Positions 20,466 through 30,538 of a stretch of 64,000 nt of DNA are shown here, piece by piece (position 1 is the first letter of the stretch; every line of letters begins with the position of its first letter). Origin of the DNA: a bacterium (GTDB lineage Bacteria; Electryoneota; JAOADG01); the NCBI GenBank assembly GCA_963681965.1, contig OY820579.1, forward strand, positions 1,696,001 through 1,760,000, given 5' to 3'. The position numbers were made by a program, and so were the translations under genes. The notes under the pieces were generated by a model. The model was not told the DNA's origin. It saw only the letters and a program-made list of their open reading frames with translations, and made no database searches.

Positions 20466-20843
20466 TTATTCAGAATCGCCGATTTGTAGATTCGAGATCG
20501 AGACAATCAAATCGGAAATATCGAAAGGCTTTTGTAGAAATCCGTCCGGCTTGTATTTAAGCGATTGAATCAGTTGTTTGAAGTGCGAATAGCCGGTGAT
20601 TAACATGACAGGGGTTTTTACGGAATCCTTTTTCACTTTCGCCAACAGTTCCAAGCCATTCATTTTCGGCATGTAGATATCAGAAATAATCAGATCGAAT
20701 TTCTCGCGTTTGAAATATTCGTATGCCTCGTCACCGTCACGAGCACCTACCGCTTCCCAGCCGATGGTAGTAATAATTTCTACCAGCAGTCTGACGATTT
20801 CGATTTCGTCGTCGACAACTAATACACGGAGGGGTTTCGACAT
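20466..20843 (-). CDS. Single-domain response regulator (CheY-like)
   Basis: VLVVDDE, DLIISDIYMPKMNG, ITGY, LQKPF. Confidence 0.92.
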   Translation of the reverse strand: MSKPLRVLVVDDEIEIVRLLVEIITTIGWEAVGARDGDEAYEYFKREKFDLIISDIYMPKMNGLELLAKVKKDSVKTPVMLITGYSHFKQLIQSLKYKPDGFLQKPFDISDLIVSISNLQIGDSE

Positions 20844-20888
20844 TTATTTCTTTCCTGTTGGGAATCGATGTAGTTAAGTCAATATGCA

Positions 20889-20917
20889 ATTATACGCAAT
20901 CCAAATGGCTATGACAA
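20889..20917 (-). promoter_or_regulatory. sigma70 promoter for the response regulator
   Basis: Minus-strand TTGTCA-17 nt-TATAAT, overlapping the end of cutA. Confidence 0.65.
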
Positions 20918-21283
20918 GGGTTTCATTTTCCTTGTGACAGAATTGCACAGCCAATGGGAATACTCCGGGTTTACCGAATATGGATCCAAGGCGATAATCT
21001 CAGGTACTTCGTACGGGTGATGATGCTTGATGGATTCGATCAATTCGGGTAGTTTGAGTTTAATCGTCTTGATGAGATAGAGCGTTTCGTTTGCTGTATC
21101 GATCACATTCTGCCAATTAAAGATTGACACTGCTCCCGGTAATTTTGTTATACAACCTGCTAACCCGGATTCAACCAATTCTCTCAACCAGATATCTTCG
21201 CATTTCGCAGGTAACGTCGTGACAACAAGAATTGGCGATAAAGAACTGGAATCAGACCGAACTGGATCCTGATTCTCAGACAT
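20909..21283 (-). CDS. cutA: Divalent-cation tolerance protein CutA
   Basis: LVESGLAGC, SIFNWQ, LIKT, HPYEVPEII. Confidence 0.88.
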   Translation of the reverse strand: MSENQDPVRSDSSSLSPILVVTTLPAKCEDIWLRELVESGLAGCITKLPGAVSIFNWQNVIDTANETLYLIKTIKLKLPELIESIKHHHPYEVPEIIALDPYSVNPEYSHWLCNSVTRKMKPLS

Positions 21284-21938
21284 GAATGATTTTTTTCGGT
21301 ACTTTAATCGTTATCCATTCAGTACCGTTCCAAATCTTAAATTGAGTGTTTGCTTCGCCTTCCTGCTGCTTCGGACTAGTACCATAGGATCCACTCTGAC
21401 TGGTGTAGGGAACCGGTCGCTGCGGTGGTCGCGGAGCAGGTGGTGGTGCTGGTTTAATTGCCGCCGGTTTGGGTGGTTGATCAGACATAACCGGTGGTTT
21501 AATCGACATTGGTTTCATCGGTTCTTTGATCACCGGAGATTGTAATTTTACGACTACCGGTTCTGGAATCGGTGAAATAATTTCCTGTGCTGCAACTTTT
21601 TTCTTGACTTTGAGAAGCTTAACCGAAATCGCTTTTTGCGATACATTGAAATGTGCAGCAATCTTATCGGTCTTGAAACCTTTACGATGAAGATCGAGTA
21701 ACTCGTTTTCCTCTTCCGGTGTCCAGCGCTTTGCTTCACCGCCCACCGAGGCGCGTTGCCGCGGGATGGAGAGGATATCCGTGACTCCAGTTTTTCGCAT
21801 TGCCTGTCGAAGTTTTTGCAACTTGACTGCAACGGATTTCGGTGTGACACCGTATTTATTCGCCAATTGGTCGATTGACATTTTGGACGATTCCTGAAAA
21901 AGGGCAGCTTCTTCTACAGGTGTCCAGCGCTTTGGCAT
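21276..21938 (-). CDS. Hypothetical protein with two Myb/SANT-like HTH repeats and a Pro-rich region
   Basis: KRWTPVEEAAL...LANKYGVTPKSV and KRWTPEEENELL...IAAHFNVSQKAI; GGAGA SD. Confidence 0.65.
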   Translation of the reverse strand: MPKRWTPVEEAALFQESSKMSIDQLANKYGVTPKSVAVKLQKLRQAMRKTGVTDILSIPRQRASVGGEAKRWTPEEENELLDLHRKGFKTDKIAAHFNVSQKAISVKLLKVKKKVAAQEIISPIPEPVVVKLQSPVIKEPMKPMSIKPPVMSDQPPKPAAIKPAPPPAPRPPQRPVPYTSQSGSYGTSPKQQEGEANTQFKIWNGTEWITIKVPKKIIHV

Positions 21939-22092
21939 GATTTCTCCATTTCCATATTCGTCATTAGGGTAAACTGGAAGTCAATTCGTTATGGAACACA
22001 TCGTTTGTTTTTCAGTGATCTAGCTCAATAGTCAGATTTGTTCGCAACAATCAAAAGCGATATAATCTAAGAGCGGACTCTGGGAGGATCAA

Positions 22093-23046
22093 GTGTTATT
22101 CCATTTTTTTTATTCTTGTCGGACAAATCGGGTAGTTTGCCTAGCATTCTTCCTCATGATGGTTTCCCCGATTTTGGGTGAACCACCGGTAATTTCAGTA
22201 CCTCGATTACCCGAAAAGCTAGTATTTGCCGGACAGACGGTTCCTTTAGAGCGACCGGCAGTCTTAGAACAGATCGATGCGATGTTCACAATCATGTGTA
22301 CCGATAATCGCGGACAAATGATTTTGTGGTTCAAACGAGCGAATCGAATTTTACCGATTGCAAAACAAGTTATGGAAAAAGCCGGACTTCCACAAGATCT
22401 CGCATACTTAGCCATCGCGGAAAGCGATCTGTTGAACCGCGCGAAATCCCCATCCGGTGCGTATGGAATCTGGCAATTTATGCCGGTCACAGCCAAAGAA
22501 AAGCATCTGTTGCTACAGGAAGGGCTCGATGAGCGGGGTGACTTCTTAAAATCAGCGACAGCATCAGCTAGTTATTTAAAGGAACTTTATAACGATCTGG
22601 GGCAAGATTGGTTTTTGGCGATGGCAGCTTATAACAACGGTAAAACCAATATTAAGAAAATGATGGCAGCACAACATGCGAAAACTTATTGGGATGCTGT
22701 TCCTACCCGTGAAACATATGTCTATGTTCCGCGGATTGTCTTGATTAAAACACTCTTCGAGAACCCCCGGTTGTTCGGAATCGATCCTAGTTTAATCGAT
22801 TCGTATCCGGAATCTGCTTCGGAACGTGTTTATTTGGTTTTGAATTCGCCAGTGCCCTTTGGTAATATCTGCGACCAAGTTGGAGTGGATTACCGGTCGA
22901 TGCTTTTTCTGAATCCGCACATTGCAAATCCATCCTACATCAAAGACGTACTTCTTCCAGCGAATCACTCTTTTTTTCTGGATATTCCGAAGGGGAGAGG
23001 GGATATGTTACGGCGATCCCTACGCGAGAGTAAACTAATTGATTGA
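22093..23046 (+). CDS. Lytic transglycosylase (SLT/MltD-like)
   Basis: LAIAES, GIWQFMP, AMAAYNNG, ETYVYVPR. Confidence 0.88.
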   Translation: MLFHFFYSCRTNRVVCLAFFLMMVSPILGEPPVISVPRLPEKLVFAGQTVPLERPAVLEQIDAMFTIMCTDNRGQMILWFKRANRILPIAKQVMEKAGLPQDLAYLAIAESDLLNRAKSPSGAYGIWQFMPVTAKEKHLLLQEGLDERGDFLKSATASASYLKELYNDLGQDWFLAMAAYNNGKTNIKKMMAAQHAKTYWDAVPTRETYVYVPRIVLIKTLFENPRLFGIDPSLIDSYPESASERVYLVLNSPVPFGNICDQVGVDYRSMLFLNPHIANPSYIKDVLLPANHSFFLDIPKGRGDMLRRSLRESKLID

Positions 23047-23070
23047 TCAAACTATTCGCTCCAAGAGGGC

Positions 23071-23099
23071 TTGTTTCTCCTAGAATGACATCGTATCTT
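23071..23099 (+). promoter_or_regulatory. Putative sigma70 promoter of the rplM operon
   Basis: TTGTTT-17 nt-TATCTT. Confidence 0.45.
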
Positions 23100-23153
23100 T
23101 ACGAGCTTGTACCGCGAAGCAAGGTACTGGTAAGGAGTTGATTGGACTTTATC

Positions 23154-23603
23154 ATGATTAAAACGAAACATACTAAAGCGGTAGACCGCAAGTGGTTTTT
23201 AATTGATGCCGACGGGGTTGTTTTAGGTCGCCTTTCGTCGGAAGTTGCACGAATTCTTCGGGGCAAGCATAAGTCAATTTGGTCGCCGCACATCGACACC
23301 GGCGATTACGTGGTTGTTGTCAATGCCGAGAAAATCCGGTTGACCGGAGATAAGGCGAATGCCAAAGGCTATTTTATTGCCTCTTCTCGACCCGGCAGTA
23401 GTCAGACGATTCCCCTCAAGACGATGATCGCGAAGCATCCGACCGAGATTATTCGTCATGCCGTGTGGGGGATGTTGCCGCGCGGAGCGTTAGGCAATCA
23501 CATGATCCGTAAGTTGAAATTGGTTGTCGGTCCCGATGCGACGCGCTATACAGCGCAGAAGCCGGAAGCAATTCCCACGGACAAGTTCCGGGTTATCGCG
23601 TAA
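23154..23603 (+). CDS. rplM: 50S ribosomal protein L13
   Basis: WFLIDADGVVLGRL, PHIDTGDYVVVVNA; start uncertain (23142 TTG or 23154 ATG). Confidence 0.95.
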   Translation: MIKTKHTKAVDRKWFLIDADGVVLGRLSSEVARILRGKHKSIWSPHIDTGDYVVVVNAEKIRLTGDKANAKGYFIASSRPGSSQTIPLKTMIAKHPTEIIRHAVWGMLPRGALGNHMIRKLKLVVGPDATRYTAQKPEAIPTDKFRVIA

Positions 23604-23634
23604 GATTATCGTAGAAAGAAGTTCGGAAGCGTAG

Positions 23635-24027
23635 ATGAAACAACCGTTTTTTTATGCCACCGGTCGTCGAAAGACCAGCGTTGCTCGAGTATATTTGACG
23701 CCCGGCAGCGGCAAGATTATTGTAAACAATAAAAATTTGCTGGATTACTTCCGTCGTGAAGTATTGAAAATGACGATTATGCAGCCGTTGGAAGTATTGG
23801 AAGCGGTGGGCAAGTTTGATATCGAAGCGTATTGCAGCGGCGGCGGACTATCCGGACAAGCCGGTGCGTTGCGCTTGGGTATGGCTCGCGCATTGGTCGT
23901 CTTCGATGCCGAACTGAAAAGCGAATTGCGGAAGCACGGATTTATGACTCGCGATCCGCGAGCGGTCGAACGCAAGAAATACGGTCGTCCCAAAGCACGC
24001 AAGCGGTTCCAGTACTCGAAACGTTAA
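23635..24027 (+). CDS. rpsI: 30S ribosomal protein S9
   Basis: [22 protein letters not shown]-terminal QYSKR. Confidence 0.97.
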   Translation: MKQPFFYATGRRKTSVARVYLTPGSGKIIVNNKNLLDYFRREVLKMTIMQPLEVLEAVGKFDIEAYCSGGGLSGQAGALRLGMARALVVFDAELKSELRKHGFMTRDPRAVERKKYGRPKARKRFQYSKR

Positions 24028-24096
24028 GATTTTTACAGCAACTCGATTTTCCGCGATTTTATTGCGGAGTGTTTTGAGAAGAAAAGGTTATTCGGT

Positions 24097-24951
24097 ATGC
24101 CGAGAGTTAGTGTGGAACAACTGGTCGCAGTGCAGGCGCACTTCGGTCATTTAACGAGCAAGTGGAATCCGCGAATGAAGCCGTTCATCTTCATGAAGCG
24201 TAACGGAATCCACATTATCGACTTGATGAAAACGTCGGAAATGATCGACAAGGCTTGTGAAGCCGTATTGAAGATCACTTCTGCCGGAGATCAGGTACTT
24301 TTTGTCGGTACGAAAAAGCAAGCAAAGGATTTGGTTCGCGAACAGGCAACTCGAGCGAATTCACCCTATGTTTGCGAACGTTGGCTTGGTGGTACATTGA
24401 CCAATCTTCAAACGATCCGCAAATCGGTCAAAACGATGCAAGCGATCGAAAAGAAGAAAATCGACGGTACTTACGAAAAAATCACCAAGAAGGAACGTAT
24501 TACCCTCGATGCACAACTTGAGAAGTTGACTTTGGCACTCGGTGGTATCCGCGATATGAAGAAATTGCCCGGTGCGATGTTTGTCGTCGATATCCGTAAT
24601 GAAGCGATTGCCGTAGCCGAAGCGAACCGTTTGGGTATTCCGGTCATTGGTATTGTCGATACGAACAGCGATCCAACTGCGATTCGGTATCCCATTCCTG
24701 CCAACGACGATGCTTTCAAGAGCATCTGGTTAATCATGCAAGCGATTGCCAACGCTGCCATCGAAGGACAAGCGATTTGGGCTGAAAAAGCCTCAGCACG
24801 CGAACAAGAGACTGGCGAATCGATGTCGGCTCCGGAAGATAAGAAGCGCGAACAGCCGCGTGAACCGCGTGGTCGCGGTCCACGTCGCCGGGATCGTGGC
24901 GATCGTGGCACAGCCACAGACAAGACGCCGGACGCTTCATCCGCGGAATAA
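24097..24951 (+). CDS. rpsB: 30S ribosomal protein S2
   Basis: HFGH...WNPRMKPFIF, RWLGGTLTN, IPANDD. Confidence 0.97.
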   Translation: MPRVSVEQLVAVQAHFGHLTSKWNPRMKPFIFMKRNGIHIIDLMKTSEMIDKACEAVLKITSAGDQVLFVGTKKQAKDLVREQATRANSPYVCERWLGGTLTNLQTIRKSVKTMQAIEKKKIDGTYEKITKKERITLDAQLEKLTLALGGIRDMKKLPGAMFVVDIRNEAIAVAEANRLGIPVIGIVDTNSDPTAIRYPIPANDDAFKSIWLIMQAIANAAIEGQAIWAEKASAREQETGESMSAPEDKKREQPREPRGRGPRRRDRGDRGTATDKTPDASSAE

Positions 24952-25100
24952 CACGCAGGGTACGATAGAGCTACTGAACGACCCCGCTTTGGGGTCGTTC
25001 CTATGTATAGGAATATTGTAGAAAAATCTGAATAGGTGCCGGGTTTGGTCGAGCAACCACTGGAAAGCCGTTCAGTTCAATGAGGAAAGGGAGAGGAAGA

Positions 25101-25958
25101 ATGGCAATAACTGCTAGCGTAGTCAAGGAATTGCGCGAGAAAACCGGCGCCGGAATGATGGATTGCAAAGCAGCCCTTGAAGCAACGGGCGGAAATTTCC
25201 AGGAAGCCGAAGACTGGTTACGGAAAAAGGGTATTTCTACTGCCGCCAAGAAGGCTGGTCGCGCTACCAGCGATGGTATCATTGCTGCCCGCTATTATCG
25301 GGACAATCGACGCGCCGTCATGGCTGAAGTAAACTGCGAAACCGATTTTGTGGCAAAGACGGAAGATTTCTCCAAGTTGGTCGATGTCGTCTGCGATACG
25401 ATCGACGGATTGCCAGCATTACCCGAGAAAGTCGAACAATTGCCATCGATCGTGGAAGAAGCACGAGCTACTTGTGTCGGGAAACTCGGTGAAAATATGG
25501 CAGTGCGACGGTTTGCACGGATCGATTTGACCGAACCGGGTAAAATTCAGATCTACATTCACACTGGCAACAAACTAGCAGTCGCAGTTGAATTGAATTC
25601 GACCAAGAGCGAAACCATTGCGAAAGCCGAATTCAACGAATTAGCTGCCGATGTCGCGATGCAGATTGCTGCAGCGACTCCGTCGTCAGTCGATCGTACC
25701 GGTTTGTCTCAGGCAACCATCGATCACGAAATGGAAATTGCACGTGAACAAGCGCGCGCAACCGGTAAGCCGGAAGCCGTGGTCGAGAAGATTGCCATTG
25801 GCAAGATGGAAAAGATCTATAGCGAATTTTGCTTGCTCGAACAACCGTACGTCAAAGACCCGAAACTTACCGTTCAGGATCATATCAATGCCGTTTCGAA
25901 GACGGTCGGCGATACGATTTCGGTTCGAAGTTTTCTGCGGTTCAAGATTGGCGAATAA
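25101..25958 (+). CDS. tsf: Elongation factor Ts
   Basis: VKELREKTGAGMMDCK, EVNCETDFVA; start at the second Met, after a GGAGAGG SD. Confidence 0.97.
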   Translation: MAITASVVKELREKTGAGMMDCKAALEATGGNFQEAEDWLRKKGISTAAKKAGRATSDGIIAARYYRDNRRAVMAEVNCETDFVAKTEDFSKLVDVVCDTIDGLPALPEKVEQLPSIVEEARATCVGKLGENMAVRRFARIDLTEPGKIQIYIHTGNKLAVAVELNSTKSETIAKAEFNELAADVAMQIAAATPSSVDRTGLSQATIDHEMEIAREQARATGKPEAVVEKIAIGKMEKIYSEFCLLEQPYVKDPKLTVQDHINAVSKTVGDTISVRSFLRFKIGE

Positions 25959-25977
25959 TCAGTTCGAAATTTATTTT

Positions 25978-26009
25978 AAAAAGCGGCGCCGTCGGTGCCG
26001 CTTTTTTTT
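25978..26009 (+). terminator. Intrinsic terminator after tsf
   Basis: aaaaagcggcgcc/ggtgccgcttttt stem followed by T run. Confidence 0.8.
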
Positions 26010-26107
26010 ATCAAAATTGATGTCTAGGGTTGCATCTGAAATGTTTGATGTGGTAAATTTAGATTGAATGATAATTATGTATGACATTATGGTATAGTGA
26101 GGTTACG

Positions 26108-29095
26108 ATGTTCCGCATATTCTCCACACTGGTACTCTTTCTTACGTTCGTGTTTTCAAGTTTCGCGCAATTCAACCAGAACCAATATCCGGTTCCGGGC
26201 GATTCGGTTGGGATCCCAGTTCATACTAGTTTGAACATCCAGCTCTTCAATAAGATTGTGGGTTGTAGCGATGGTGGTTGGTATTATCTCTGGACGACGA
26301 CCAACCGCAATGCGAAATCGCTTTATCTAAGTAAGATTGGTTGGAATGGCGATTCGCTGTGGTCTGCGACAGTATACTCGAGCGATTATTTTGTGTATCC
26401 GAACGATATCGAGACTTTGACGGATGGGGTCGCCATCGGATGGCAGGTGGAAGATTCGCTCCGCGGTCGAATCGCTTACGTCCAAAAATTCGGCAATACC
26501 GGTCAAATCGCATGGTCACAGCCCTATTCTCATCTTTTGAATCTGAATCGCTACGACGGTCCGCGTCTCTTTTCCGACAGTAGCGGTGGTTGTTATAGTT
26601 ACTTTTCCAATGCAGTCATTACACGATAATTATCTTCCGGTGCGATCGCGCCCGGTTTCAATGTCGATGGAAATAGTGTCCTGCCCGATTCGTTAGGGGG
26701 AGGTGGATCATTTTTGCTACCGGCTGTTTGTTCGGCAGGATCGAATGGCTGCTGGGTGGTTCAATCAACGTCGAGTGCTTTTTATCTCCAGCGCGTCAAC
26801 CCCGATGGATCACTCCGATGGAGTGTACCCAATCGGTACCCCTTTCCTGCATCATATCTCAGGTCCACGTTTAATTACTTCAAGATTTTGCAGGATGGTC
26901 GGAATGGATTCTATTTGTCGTTTGGCGATACAACGGACTTATATATCCAGCGCTTCGATCAAAACGGAACACCCTTGTGGTCAAATAATACGGTTGCATT
27001 CAGAGGATTACCTTATGGAAATCAAGAGATTGCGGGGTTTGAATTAGCCGCGCCCGATACTTTTTTCCTGCTTTTTCATAAAGATTCAGCTCACACCAGT
27101 CTCCATTTTGTTCAGAAAATAACCGGGATCGATAGTGCAAGTCTATTATGGGGAAACCGCGGTATCGCGGTAGTTGATTCCGAAATTCCTTTGGCATATG
27201 GGATGAGTTTAACCGCTGATGGAGCGGGTGGATGTATTACCGGAGGATTCTATTACGAATCGCGAACGATGTGCAATCGATATCGATTAATTCAAATTAG
27301 CAATAACAGCACCGGAGCAACTATTCGCAACTTTGATCTGGCAGCGTCGGTTCCTTACATCGTTACGAGTCTATGTTACTTCCAGCAAGGTCATTTGTTG
27401 GCACTTTGGCATGACAACCGTAGCGGTTATGCCGATGTCTATCGAACAGTATTCGATTCAACGATGACTCCCTTACCCGGTTTTGTTTCGACCGGCTTAC
27501 TTACTCGCAAAAATAGATGGGGAGTTAGTTATGAAAATATCACTGTCATCGATCCCGAACGGTTCATGGTGAGTTGGATTGAGCGAAAGGATAATTACTC
27601 ATCGCGATTTTTCTATTCGATTTACGAAACTGCGACCGGTCACCGGATCACAACCGATCCGAATGGAACATTTTTGCCTATTCTCGATTCTCTGCCCTAT
27701 AGCCAAAGTTTGAACACTGTAACTACCAGTGATGGCTGTGTCATGGTGATGGCAATCGATAACAGTATCTATTTAAGTAAAATCGACCGTAACGGTACTC
27801 GACTCTGGCATACAAGTTACGGAGCTACTTCGGCGGAAACCGCTATTTCTCCATTTAATTTTGTCTGCGCGGATCAGAACGGGGGAATCTATATCAGTTA
27901 TCGATATATGAGTTCAGACAATCCCAATCGATTGCACTTACAACATTTTTCTTCTACAGGTCAAAGATTATTGAGTCCGATGGGAGCAGTGCTTCCGGGC
28001 GTGCCGTTATCCTATACCGTTCCCCTCGTGCATAATAATCAGAAACTTTACACTGTGACAGGCGATCTTGAGACAGATAGATACCGGTTGCGGTTGTTGT
28101 GTTCGAATGAAAGCGGCGATACACTTTGGACGAGAGTAATTTGGTCCGCTCAAATCAGTTCTTTATATGAAATACCTCGGCCGAAATTAATCCCTTTACC
28201 AGATGGCGTTTCGATTCATTACTGTGATCGGTACGCCGATTCTACTTATTCGAATGTTTACGGTCAAAGATATCTCGAAAATGGAACACCAGTGTGGGGT
28301 GATCCCAGTATCGTTGTGGGTCGAACCCAATACTATCGATATTCAGCTGTTGGAACAAGCAATGCGATCTGGTATCTGATCCAAGATTCGATTAGTATGA
28401 TCGCTCGCAAAATCTTTCTTGACGGAAGAATCGCTTTCGGAGATACCGGAATTCGGCTACCGCGCTCGCTGTCAGAACTTAATATCAGTTATTTTGGTGC
28501 ACACAGCATTTATGCCGATCGCGACTCCGGGGTTTTTGTCGGTTGGTACGATCATCTCAATGATCGCCAACACAAGACCTACTTCACACATCTAAACTCC
28601 GACGGAAGTTATGCCGATCCGACCGTCTGGAATTACTATCATGCGGGAAGGGTTTCCGGTAGCCGTTCCGGGATGATCGGTGCCTATCCCGATCAACGAG
28701 GTGGGTTACTCCTGATCGATTTTTCTGAGGATTATGTTCCCGATAATCTGTCACGTGGAGAAATCTACATTCAACGCATTGCCGATCACACGACACTTGC
28801 CGTTCGGGAAAGTAATTCGAATGCGCTACCCGACGTATTCCGGCTGGATCAGAATTATCCGAATCCGTTCAATGCGGTCACTTCGATCCGTTATCATTTG
28901 TCGATCGAATCCAGTGTCGAGTTGCGGCTTTTCGATATTCAGGGACGGTTAGTACAGAATTTATTTAACAGTATTCAACAAGCGGGGGATTACCGGCTGC
29001 AATTCAACGCGCAACGGCTAGCATCCGGTACCTATTTCCTGCGAATGAATTCTGGTGACTTTTCGAAAGTGCGGAAGATCGTGCTATTGAAGTAG
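26108..29095 (+). pseudogene. Large secreted repeat/beta-propeller-like protein with T9SS-type CTD, broken by one in-frame TAA at 26627-26629
   Basis: ORFs 26081-26629 and 26714-29095 share a frame and the gap between them is open. Signal peptide is in the first part; CTD (LDQNYPNPFN...LASGTYF...KIVLLK) is in the second; repeats of the form YxQ(R/K)xxxxGxxxW occur in both. Confidence 0.8.
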
Positions 29096-29117
29096 ACATG
29101 GCAAAATCAAGGGAATC

Positions 29118-29146
29118 AAAAAAGGGCACCGGAGGTGCCCTTTTTT
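29118..29146. terminator. Bidirectional intrinsic terminator
   Basis: A6-gggcacc-gga-ggtgccc-T6 between convergent genes. Confidence 0.85.
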
Positions 29147-29166
29147 CAAAATCGATTTTTTGGAAC

Positions 29167-29421
29167 TTAGGCTAAGCGATTCAAATGGGTGGCAAGAGCT
29201 GACTTGTGGTTGGCAGCCTTGTTCATATGGATAATGCCCTTGTGAACCAGTTTATCCAAAGTTGATGTGGCTTCCCGAATCAATGGCAAGGCTTCGTCCT
29301 TCGACTTGGACGCTAATGCTCTCTTTAAAGCACCCTTCATGACCGATTTGCCAGCGCGATTCTGGATATTTTCTTCTTTGGATGTTTTCATCCGCTTTTC
29401 GCATGATTTATGTTGTGGCAT
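29167..29421 (-). CDS. rpsT: 30S ribosomal protein S20
   Basis: MPQHKSCEKR...LDKLVHKGIIHMNKAANHKS. Confidence 0.95.
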   Translation of the reverse strand: MPQHKSCEKRMKTSKEENIQNRAGKSVMKGALKRALASKSKDEALPLIREATSTLDKLVHKGIIHMNKAANHKSALATHLNRLA

Positions 29422-29469
29422 TCCAAACCTCTAACCGTGAATCTAAAGCTATCTCTTTCAAAGCCACAC

Positions 29470-29498
29470 AATATACACTCGGTTCAAATGGAGTGCAA
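29470..29498 (-). promoter_or_regulatory. sigma70 promoter of rpsT
   Basis: Minus-strand TTGCAC-17 nt-TATATT. Confidence 0.55.
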
Positions 29499-29580
29499 GA
29501 GAGGCAGAGGTGCACATGTTAAGTATCGAATTTTAAGTTATATGTTCGAATACCTATCTTGCAGCGAAGGGAAGTGATTC

Positions 29581-30318
29581 ATGTCGATTGTCGATAGTAT
29601 TGTTGAACATATTCCCAATTCGGATACTAAAGTACTCGTTTTGACCGGAGCCGGGGTTTCTGCAGAATCGGGAGTGCCTACTTTCCGCGATCCGGAAGGG
29701 TATTGGTCGAAATATCGGTTCGAAGAGCTGGCTAGTCGCGACGGTTTTCTTAAAAATCCCGAACTTGTATTGAAATGGTATTCCGAACGTCGGAAAACGG
29801 TAGTTTCAGTGCAACCGAATCCCGGGCATTACGCGTTAGCTGAATGGGAACAATTGCTCTCCGAGTATACGTTGGCGACTCAGAACGTTGACGGATTGCA
29901 TGATCGAGCCGGATCGAAACGGGTAATCGCACTCCACGGTTCGATTCTATCCGACAAATGTTTTGACTGCGAAACCCCGTATCGCACTGAATTTGCTGAT
30001 GCAGAATATGCTAACCAGCGTTGTCCGTGCGGTGGTAGAATACGTCCAGCCGTGGTTTGGTTTGGTGAACAACTTCCGGAGGATGCGATTTACGAAGCCG
30101 AGCGGGCAGCAAGAATTTGTGAGGTTTGTGTCGTAATTGGTACGACGGGTGCAGTCTTTCCCGCAGCAGGATTGGCTTATTTGGCAAAACAACACGACGC
30201 TTTTCTAATTGAGATCAATCCAAATCTTACGGAATTAAGCCCGATTTGCGATTTACACTGGCGTGAAAAAGCAGGAGTCGCGTTACCGCAGTTGGTGGTT
30301 CATTGGAAAGCGCGCTAG
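29581..30318 (+). CDS. cobB: NAD-dependent deacylase (sirtuin, class III-like)
   Basis: GAGVSAESGVPTFR, WYSERR, TQNVDGLH, HG, zinc cysteines, RPAVVWFGE. Confidence 0.92.
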   Translation: MSIVDSIVEHIPNSDTKVLVLTGAGVSAESGVPTFRDPEGYWSKYRFEELASRDGFLKNPELVLKWYSERRKTVVSVQPNPGHYALAEWEQLLSEYTLATQNVDGLHDRAGSKRVIALHGSILSDKCFDCETPYRTEFADAEYANQRCPCGGRIRPAVVWFGEQLPEDAIYEAERAARICEVCVVIGTTGAVFPAAGLAYLAKQHDAFLIEINPNLTELSPICDLHWREKAGVALPQLVVHWKAR

Positions 30319-30538
30319 TCATACGTATCATTCGACTAATTGGAAGCCGCTCGAAAACAGTAGAACTAACTTGTTCGAAATAGTACATTAGTGACAGCAT
30401 GAATATCAATAGTACCTTACCCAATCAATGGATCGAATTTGCCAGGGAGATTTATCGTAGCTTGTAACCGAAATATTACGTAACTCGGATTGATCCGAAC
30501 CTAATGAGCAAAATTAATTATTCGGTGCAAAGGATACG

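Noticed and set aside
26627-26629. Stop-codon reassignment
   Set aside because: TAA terminates tuf, rplK, rplA and many other conserved genes at their normal positions
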